DNA of 64,000 nt from Octopus vulgaris (Eukaryota), in assembly GCA_951406725.2 (NCBI GenBank), contig OX597842.1:24428001-24492000 (forward strand), in the 5' to 3' direction. Of this stretch, positions 54,253-64,000 are shown piece after piece. The position numbers were made by a program, and so were the translations under genes. The stretch's first letter is position 1. Every line of letters begins with the position of its first letter. The notes under the pieces were generated by a model. The model was not told the DNA's origin, did not search any database, and saw nothing but the letters and a program-made list of their open reading frames with translations.

Positions 54253-55853
54253 TATTCTTCTGCAGTATGCAACACCAAAATATATTTTTCTTTTCTTCTT
54301 TATAAATGTCTTTGTAGATTCAAATACTTCTACTGCTATATTTACAGCAAATCTGATCTTCTCGAATATCTGAAGATAATACAAAGACCTACACAGATTT
54401 TTCCAAATTCAAACAGAATGTAAAATACTGGCAATGAAGAAAACAAACGTTCGTATTAATTCCAAAGAAATATTTCACAGTTATTCACCATAGATTTGTA
54501 ATAGAAACAGGGTTATATATATTATTTATAATATCTTCCATTAGTCTTCAAAGGATGATCAATATTCATGATGTATCTGATGTAAAAACTCCTTTATACC
54601 ACTAACATCTCATATTCTGAAATGACACAGAAACAGTTGAAGATATAGGAAAGACTTGAAAAGCAGAGATTCAACTATAAAAAATATTACTACATTTTCA
54701 TAATAATAAACTGCTTATATAAACCTTAACCCGAATAATTAGTCTCTATACACAGACTTTTGTTCCTTTGCCTTCAGATATTATGTAAAATGTTAAACTA
54801 CAAAATATTGGACAATAACTTCCTACTATCTCCAGAAATGTGATAAGTCACTGTTGTTTAGCAAATGTCTGGAAAGTGAACAGTGTATGAGTCAGATAGA
54901 TGCTTGCGTGTGTATGGAGGGGAGAAAATCAGGTGTAGTGGCGAATCTCAGGAAGCATGGAAAGAAGCCCGTCGTATATATGTGTACATGTATGTTTGTG
55001 TGTGTGTTTGTGTGTCTGTGTTTGTCACCCTAACATCGCTGGACAACCGATGCTGGTGTGTTTACGTCCCCGTAACTTAGCGGTTCGGCTAAAGGGACCG
55101 AATAGAATAAATCCTGGGGTCGATTTGCTCGACTGAAAGGTGGTGCTCTAGCATGACCACAGTCAAATGACTGAAACAAGTACTAGAGATAATTATTAAA
55201 GCCAATCATTTTGACAAAATAAACAGCAAATAGTGATACGTAGCAAGTTATACCTCTATAATAAAGCGACAGACAGCTTCGAATGGACACAAGTAACAAA
55301 TGGAATATCTACTGTAATAAAAGAAGGCGATCTTACGGTATAAGTACCGGTGTACTTCCGGAAGTACCAGATACATTTCAAAAAAGTGTTTTTTTTTATA
55401 TATGGGGCGTTAGGGTTAGGTTTAAAGTTAGGGTGTGTGGCGATCCTTCGGTATATGTACACACGTGATTTTGTTTACATTTCTGAAGATATGAGTTCCA
55501 GCGTTGGTGCCCCAGCATGGCCGCGGCCTTCGGGCTAAAACATTTTTAATGATTTATAACAGAAACCCTGACCCCAAACCCCATATATAAAAAAAAACCC
55601 ACTTTTTTTTAATGTATCCGGTACTTATATCGTAACATCGCCTAAAAACATAAAAAATTTGGTGCTTTTTCATCGACATACCAAGTAAAAATTAAGATTA
55701 GATTTTCTTGGCATTATTCAAGAAGTTTAACGGAGAATGGAATTAATATCGAAATCAGATTAGCAACATTCAAAACTTTCACAATTGTCTGGAGTTTCCA
55801 ATTAACCAGGGTCATCGGATTTTACCACAAACAAAACATGTATTGTATCTTAC

Positions 55854-56035
55854 CTGTGATGATAAATAAATTAGTGTTTAATATGAATTAACGTTAATTA
55901 CGGAAAGCATCGATCTGGCGGGAAATATAATTTAAAGGCACATTAGAAAAACCGACACGGAACGTCAACGAAACGAACTAAACTCTGAATATTGTATCCG
56001 TCCTATTACTACGCATTTGTCGGATGCTAAAACTG
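55854..56035 (-). promoter_or_regulatory. Putative promoter and exon 1 of ZNF-6 (acceptor 54617-54618)
   Basis: Inverted copy of the 26780-26964 module. Confidence 0.6.
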
Positions 56036-57069
56036 AAGTGGTAAATTTTTAATGGTTTTTATTGCTATAATTACGTTTACGAAATGTGAATTATAATGAA
56101 AAAACCCCGAATAATGGCAAAAAATACAAAAGTATATGCTGACTACTTATTTTCAGGTTTTTTGCTACTCTTACGATCTCCTCTTTAAACCTGTAGTGTC
56201 GTTCTTCGTTTATTTCTTTTTAAGGTTAAGGTGAGAAACCCGTGGGTTGTTTTCTAACCAATACCCAAGAAATTATGTAAAGCTGACTCGCAAAGTCTTA
56301 TTCAATATTATTTTCATTAAATCCAAATTCAATCGTTTAAAGAATGTTAGAAATAAAAACGGGAGAGACCTCCCTTAGTTTTATTTATTTATTTTCAACT
56401 AGTTTCAGCTCACAAGCTGTGGCCATGCTGGGGCACCGCCATTTGTTTTAAGAAGGCGTGTGATAAAAGGCATTTTCCTGATTCTTTTTCTGCTAAGAGT
56501 TTGCTTGATGAGAAGGACAAGTATATAATGTGTAGTGTGATGGATGAAGAGGACAACAGAAGGAGAAGCAACGGGAGGAAGAAATACAAAAGGCCTTACC
56601 TCGGCGAAGATCCGAGGTCTCTTACGAATTTGACACGTCCTGTCGCTTCCTCGTCTCTGCTCGAACTGTCCCTTCGTCGATGACCACACGTGCGTCCTGC
56701 TTGACCTCTTCCGCCTCCTGCGACGCATGGGTTAGGCTTACACCGTAAACGGGTGGTGTGCGTATTCTTTACCCCCGCCTCTTCCATTGCACAACTAAGT
56801 TACTGGAATATAAACAAACCAACAATGGTTTTCGAACACTGATGCCTGCATGTTTCCCCCTATCCTCATCCAACATCACTCTGATAAGCTGTATTCGTTT
56901 CTTTCCGTCCCTGTAACTTACGGGTTCGACGACAGAACAGCGTAAAAGTAGCAATCGACTGGAAAATAAGCTTTAGTTTTGTATCTTTTGCCATCATTTG
57001 GATTTTTTCTTACAATTCAAAATTTTAAATAGTAATTATAGCAATAATAAAACATAAAAAATTTACCAA

Positions 57070-57255
57070 CTCAGTTTTATCATCCGACAAATGTGTAGTA
57101 ATACGCGGCATACGACATCAGGATATTTTAGTTCGTTTCGTTGAGTTTCCATGCCGACTTTTATAGTGTGTTTAAACTATATTCCCGTTAATTGCTCTTT
57201 CGTGTAATTCACATTAATCTAATTATCGTAACATATGATCTATTTATCAAAACAG
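57070..57255 (+). promoter_or_regulatory. Putative promoter and exon 1 of ZNF-7 (acceptor AG 59285-59286)
   Basis: CATCCGACAAA at ~57081, TTAGTT at 57128, CAG|GTAAGA. Confidence 0.6.
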
Positions 57256-58108
57256 GTAAGATGTAATATATATTTTATTTTTTAGCAGAAGCCGATGAAC
57301 CTGGCTAATTCGAAACTCCAAACAAAAGTAAAAAGTTTTAAAAGTTGCTAGTTTGACATCGATGTTAATTGGGTTAAACTAAAGGAAGTTTAGAAGCCAT
57401 CCATGGCTAACCACTTTGGGTTGTTTTACACCTATTACACACATTGTTTTTTTTTTTTTCTTTGAATGGTGTAACGCTTTAGTTTAACCCCTCCACCTTC
57501 AGATATTATGGAAAATGTTAAACTACAAAACGGTGGACAATAATATTCTACTATCTTCAGAAACGTGGCAACTCACTGTTGTTTAGTTCAAGGTCACCCC
57601 TAACTGAGCAGACCTCTTAATGAAATTCGCTTGTGTTCCCGACTGTCCTGACTTTTAGAATACGTCAAACATAAACACAAGTATAATTTAAACACCAACC
57701 CACCACGACTTTTCCTTTTGTAACCTTATTAATAATGTAAATCTTTTAAAGAAATTCTGCATTCACATGTGTTGAATACGTTTGTGTATTTAATTTTATC
57801 ATCGCGGTACCACTGGCCTCATGTTGCAGTCAGCTATTTCTGTTTTATTAGATTGCAGATTATTCACAGGAGCAAAAATCAGACATAATTAACGTGGATT
57901 ATTTCGACAGGAACAGCAAATATAGATGTTTAGCAAATAATACCTCTATGATAAATCAATCGACGGCTTTGAATCGACACAGTCAGCAAATGGAATATCT
58001 ACTGTAATAAAAAAAAGCTAAAAATTCGGTGCTTTTTCATGGCCATGCCAAGTAAAATCCAAATTTTCTTGGCTTAATTAAAGACATTTATTGGCGAATA
58101 GAATTAAC

Positions 58109-58917
58109 GGTTAAACTAAAGCGTTACACCATTCAAAGAAAAAAAAAAAATATGAACGAATATGACAAAAAAAAAATGCGCACTCGCGAAAGAGGGGTGG
58201 GGGAGAGGCCTCGGAAATTTACATCGGGAATTTCCGAAAGCGTCTGACCCGGGCACAAAAACAAAAATAGCGTAATAGGTGTAAAACAACTTGCTCTAAA
58301 CGAATATGATAAATAAAAATGCGCGCTCGCGAAAGGGGGTGGGGGAGAGACTTCGGAAATTTCACATCTTCAGTCCACGGCCTTTAAACTAAGAAAAAAT
58401 AGTGTAATTGGTGTAAAACTACTTGTTCTAAACGAGTATCAAGAACACACATGAATCATAAACTCCGTATTTTTGTACATATTTCGCAAAAAAAAAAATA
58501 AAGAGAAGAAATTCTGGAAAAAGTGAAGAAATGTTGGATCTCCGCCATGTGAATCAAAATACGTGTCAGAAACATCTTGAAATACTACAGAAATTATGTT
58601 ACGAAAATGATAATGTATACATACCTCTTTGAGTGGTCCATCGACATTGATGATAAAGAAATGAGATGGGTTGGAGGAAAAAATTATCTCGGGCCAGGAT
58701 AAAGACTTGCTGCTGCCAATAAGAATACGTGTATTCTCTTGGCAGCAGGTTTGATGCTTTCCATAAATAGGAACTTGGAGAGGTATTGCTTTAAGTAACA
58801 GGCACGAATGCCTGGGCGAACAACTGATCTCTTAACTGACACCCACAATCTCTCTATCTTCTGTGTGTGCACCGACGCATTTGTCGGATCAACAAAATTT
58901 TCACTGTGGTTGATGCC
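58109..58917 (-). mobile_element. Merlin remnant, paralog of 21415-22546 with fewer tandem units
   Basis: ORF 58684..58872 HTQKIERLW; GGTTAAACTAAAG end at 58109. Confidence 0.75.
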
Positions 58918-59622
58918 TTATAACTTAACACACTCATCGGTAAAATTTTGCAGTTATTTCTTACTTATTTCCTTTTTTCCTAAAATTTTCGTTGCGTCTT
59001 GCAACCTTTTCAATAGTTTTGACTCTGTCCGTTATTTACACTGCTTTTCCTTTTGTTTGTTTGGGTGCATTGAAACTAAACTAGAGAAAGTATTAGATTT
59101 ATGACTCAGGTCATTATAGACGAAAGTAATGTCTTGTGTCATGAGTATCATTTTAAAGTGTAATTTCTTCGGGCAACAGTTTATATCCATAGTTTATCAT
59201 TATGAAAATGTAGTTATAATTTTTATTGTTAAACCTTTGCTTTTTAAGTCTTTCCTATATCTTCTACTGTTTCTGTGTCATTTCAGATACTCGTATAAAG
59301 GAGTTTTACGTGAGATACATCATGAATATTGATCATGTTTTAAAAACGAATGTCAGCCGTTATAAATAATAGATAATAACTCTGTTTATATAATATATCT
59401 CTGGTGAATAACGGTGAAATATTTCTTCTGAATTGATAGCAACAATTGTTTTCCTCATTGCCAGGAATATTTACAAAAGTATTTTGCATTGTGTTTGAAC
59501 GTGAGAAAATCTGGAAAGGTGTTTGTATCATTTTCAGATATTGAAGATCAGATTTGCTGTAGAAGATATATATAAAGAAGAAGGGGAAAATATATTTTCT
59601 GTCTGTATACTACAGAACAATA

Positions 59623-60770
59623 ATGAATGGTCTGGAGATGTTAAAAGAAAGAGAAAAGTTATCAGACCAATGTGATATCTGTAAAAAGACTTTTTCTAAT
59701 AAGGGAAATCTCACTGTTCACAAATGTATTGATCCAGGTGGAAAGAAATATTACTGTGATATTTGTGGTAAATCATTCTCTCAAAAAAGTTACCTTACTC
59801 ATCACAAATTCGTTTATACTGGAGAGAAACCACATCACTGTGATATCTGTGGTAAATCATTCTCTAAAAAATATAACCTTACTAAACACAAATCCATTCA
59901 TACAGGAGAGAAACCATATCAATGTTGTATTTGCGGTAAATCATTCTCTCATAGAAGTTCCCTTGATTCTCACAAACACATTCATACAGGAGAGAAACCA
60001 CATCACTGTGATGTTTGTGGTAAATCATTCTCTCAAAAAAGTAGCCTTAATTCTCACAAATACATTCATACAGGTGAGAAACCATATCATGTGATAAGTC
60101 CTTTTCATTAAAAAGTTGTTTAACTACTCACAAATCCATTCATACAGGTGAGAAACCATATCGATGTGATATTTGTGGTAAATCATTCACTCAGAAATGT
60201 AGCCTCACTCATCACAAATACACTCATACTGGAGAGAAACCATATCAATGTGATATTTGTGGTAAATCATTCTCTCAAAGGAGAGGCCTTACTTATCACA
60301 AATACACACATACAGGAGAGAAACCATATAAATGTGATATTTGTGGTAAATCATTCTCTCAAAAAGGTCACCTTACTTATCACAAATCAGTTCATACAGG
60401 TGAGAAACCATATCAGTGTGATATCTGTGATAAATCTTTTTCATCAAAAAGTCATTTAACTACTCACAAACTTACACATACACGTGAGAAGCCACATCAC
60501 TGCGATATTTGTGGTAAATTATTCTCTCAAAAAGGTACCTTACTTACTCACAAATCAGTTCATACAGGTGAGAAACCATATCACTGTGATATCTGTGATA
60601 AATCCTTTTCATCAAAAAGTCATTTAACTACTCACAAACTTACACATACAGGTGAGAAGCCATATCACTGCGATATTTGTGGTAAATCATTCTCTCAAAA
60701 AAGTTACCTTGATTCTCACAAATCAGTTCATACAGGTGAGAAACCATATCGGTGCTATATCTGTGTAATC
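59623..60770 (+). pseudogene. C2H2 zinc-finger gene (ZNF-7), paralog of ZNF-3/5, small deletion after finger 5 and a 3' deletion
   Basis: ORF 59623..60111 has 5 fingers (the first degenerate), then a deletion at ~60090 removes part of a CxxC. 84-bp repeats continue to ~60770. Confidence 0.8.
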
Positions 60771-62693
60771 ATGCTGTATATACTTATAAACGTATTCATA
60801 CAGGAGAGAAACTCTATGTACTGTGATATCTGCAGGTAAATCATTCTCTGTGGAATATGCTGTATATACTTATAAACGTATTCATACAGGAGAGAAACTA
60901 TGTGACTGTGATGTCTGAGGTAAATCATTCTCTGTGGAACAATATTGAACTCATCACAAATACATTCATACAGGAGAGAAATCATATCACTGAGACATCT
61001 GGGACAAGTCATTCTTTCATAGAGAGAAATAATAAACTAAACACAAACATATTCATACGGGAGAAGATTCTGATGACTGTGTAATCTGTGCTATGTCATT
61101 CTCTCAATAATCTACCTTAACTAAACATATACTTATTCATATTGATCAATAACAATATCAATGATAAAACAGATGTCCTGCTGAATAAAATACAGCAAAT
61201 GTATTACTTTTTACAAAATAAATTCATTTTTCACATTTTCCTCATTTGCATCAACTCACTAATTACGATTTGTGTTTTTTATTCAAACAATATTGATTAT
61301 ATTAATTTGCTCTGTTTTCTTGAGGATACATTATTTTGACACAAATGTATTACACTCCAGTTCCCAGCCGTGATCAGTTATCCTCTGCTGGACACACTCA
61401 GGGATCCCAGGATCTGCACCCTTTGTGCTACTGCCCACATATTCTGGCACTAGCTGGAGGCTTATTGCTGTTTGTCACAGTTTTGGGTGTAGAGTGGGAA
61501 ATATTTTTCAAGAGCCTAATGCCCCACTCTACCTATGGTTCAAGCACATCCCCGCTCAACCCATGCAAGGGATTATCATCATACTTATTTTTTGATAAAT
61601 CATTCTGTAGAGCAGGTTTTCATGGTCTTCTTCTTACCAGACACCAAGCAGGGATTTATGATGGGCATCTGGTTAGAATGGCACCTGTTGTGATGAGAGT
61701 TACCATGTCCCCTTGTGAGAGATAGACTGGTTCGAGTAAAGTATAAATAGTAACGATCTGAGTGGGTTTGCGGTTCAGAGTCAACTGAAGTCGGAAGGTG
61801 TCGCTTGGTTTACTTCCTAAGGAATATTGAATCTTGGTTCGTAAAAGATTTGTTAGTTCATTAGATTGTTGTTACAATTTTCTGGTTATCTTATTTATTG
61901 TACGGAACAATTATGTTACAACATCTGGCGATGAGGGTTTCGAAGCTCTTGCAGGTCAGTTAACAAAGTTTTGTGATACAAAATTGTTTAATCATGGAAG
62001 ACTAATTAGCTTCTTTAAAACTGTTGCAAAATCAACGACAAAGGCAGCAACAACAACAATTATTGGGGCTTTATTCAAAGAAGTCCAAAAACAAGGGAAG
62101 TACATTTTTGCCAGACGCCACTTTGGACTCAATGAATCAGTTATAAACCTGAGGACGGTATAACTGTTGCATTGTACTACAGCAGGTAATTTTTAAGGAA
62201 GATTGTAAGACATGGTCAGACACAGAAAAAGTAAGGTTATTATGACATAAATGAGCCCTATATGAGTATGAACATTTTTAATTTCATATTACCCAAAAAA
62301 ACTCAATGAAATTTGTTTTAAAGAAACAATAGAATTACTGTCTAACATATTCGGTGATAAAACTTCTCTAACACTTGGATGGTGTTTTGGAATATAATGA
62401 AAAAGAGGATGGTGATTTTATCACATACGCAGTAACAATTAACAGAATGTGTGAAATATTTTTAAACTCAAAGAATTTACACCTGAGATGTTCAGGTGTC
62501 TTCTTTTGGTACAAGGCCTTACAACACTGAATATACAGAAATTCACACTGCAGAACTAAATTCTGAAGATCAACCATTAAAGATCCTAGAGGGCTCTCAA
62601 CAGAAACAAAATTCGTACATGTAAAAATGATTGGAATACATATTAAACTTCAGTTAGACATTGGAAGTGATATTTCAATAATAAATATGGATA

Positions 62694-63081
62694 CAGTCAA
62701 CTCTCCCTACTATGCCAGTTTTGCAGATGCCCAGAGAGCATGGAGCACTATCCGAAAGTTTATGCAGCAGAAGAGCAGCGGAGAACCCAGGGTCATGCAG
62801 GCGTATGATAGGCTAGACAATGAAAACCGCCGAAAGTAGATGCGTCAGCCGACAATTTTTGAGAGCTTCAGGATTAACTAAAAGCAATTTGAACTTAATT
62901 AACATGGATGTCTTCTTTTTACCATTGCATTGAACTTCTTATTGGCCTTACTTCCTACCCTATGAATTTTTATTCGTATGTTCAGTAAATTTTTGGTTAT
63001 GTAGTGTTTAGATAACAGACCCTCGGTACTATGCCACTCTGGCTCAGTCCCGCAGGGTGGCAAAGTAGCAAGAGTTGACTG
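62694..63081 (+). mobile_element. pogo/Tigger-like non-autonomous element, TA TSD, present only in this block-B copy
   Basis: TIR CAGTCAACTCT...AGAGTTGACTG. Empty site at ~48270. Transposase C-terminus-like ...MRQPTIFESF. Confidence 0.8.
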
Positions 63082-63117
63082 TATATGGAAGAAAATAGGG
63101 AAACCTATCTCTTCTAC

Positions 63118-63893
63118 ATGTTTCAGTCATTTGACAGTGGCCATGGTGGAGCACCGCCTTTAGTCGAGCAAATAAACACCAGGACTTATTCTTTGTAAGC
63201 CCAGTACTTATTCTATCAGTCACTTTTGCCGAACCGCTAAGTTACAGGGACATAAACGCACCAGCTTCAATTGTCAAGCGATGTTGTGGGGAGAAACATA
63301 GACATACAAACTTACACATATATATATATATATATATATACATATATATGATGGGCTTCTTTCAGTTTTTGTCTACCAAATCCACTTACAAGGTTTCAGT
63401 CTGCCCGAGGCTATAGTAGAAAACACTTGCCCAAGGTGCCACGTAGTGGGACTGAACCCGGAACCTTATGGTTCAGAAGCAAGAAACTTACCACACAGCC
63501 ACTCCTATGCCTATACTCTTTTACTTGTTTCAGTCATTTGACTGCAGCCATGCTGGAGCACCGCCTTTAATCGAGCAAATCGACCCCAGGACTTATTCTT
63601 TTGTAAGCCCAGTACTTATGATATCGGTCTCTTTTGCCGAACCACTAAGTGACGGGGACATAAACACACCAGCATCGGTTGTCAAGCAATGCTAGGGGGA
63701 CAAACACAAACAGGCACATATATATATATACGACGGGCTTCTTTCAGTTTCCGTCTACCAAATCCACTCACAAGGCTTTGGTCAAGCCAAGGCTATAGTA
63801 GAAGACACTTGACCAAGATGCCATGCAATGGGGCTGAACCCGGAACCTTATGGTTCATAAGCAAGCTACTTACCACACAGCCACTCCTGCGCC
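63118..63893 (-). mobile_element. SINE family 1 dimer; other copies at 1-345 (-), 17199-17565 (+), 34960-35326 (-), 48305-48750 (-), partial 27675-27910 and 54960-55180
   Basis: Reverse complement of the 33113 unit. Confidence 0.85.
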
Positions 63894-64000
63894 TATGTTG
63901 AGAAAAACAGCAAAATTTCTTTGTAGCATGACGGGTGACAAATTAAATTTCATAGGCGAAATGTGGGGATAAGTCACATTTCAAGTGAAAGCATGCAATG

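Larger units (their letters stand above)
48625..63510. repeat. Blocks C+B (ZNF-6/ZNF-7 pair); a new block C copy starts at 63894 (period ~15.1 kb)
   Basis: Reverse complement of 17200-33240. Sequence tatgttgagaaaaacagc at 48751 recurs at 63894. Confidence 0.92.

Overview
AT-rich eukaryotic genomic DNA, most likely octopus or another coleoid cephalopod (inferred from the tandem C2H2-only genes and the repeat content; not checked by search). The window holds seven tandem C2H2 zinc-finger (ZNF) genes or pseudogenes with about 10-19 fingers each and no recognisable effector domain. All seven share one predicted two-exon layout: a conserved non-coding exon 1 and a single coding exon. Six form head-to-head pairs. 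The cluster is built from large segmental duplications: an inverted repeat of 1-8.3 kb against 9.35-17.6 kb, an inverted repeat of 17.2-33.2 kb against 48.6-63.5 kb, and a direct repeat with ~15.1 kb period. Flanks of paired copies are near-identical but their finger arrays differ strongly. Mobile elements include a recent CsRn1-type Ty3/Gypsy element (tRNA-Trp PBS, CHCC gag, G-GGA-AAC -1 frameshift with predicted pseudoknot, 4-bp TSD), Merlin transposase remnants, many GG...CC MITEs at rearrangement breakpoints, pogo/Tigger MITEs, RTE fragments and several SINE families. The most unusual element is an ORF1-only (no RT) non-LTR-like retroelement. It shares its 3' tail with a local SINE family and sits, with a tandem mini-copy, in a predicted bidirectional ZNF promoter. 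Many frameshifts fall in homopolymers and may be assembly errors.
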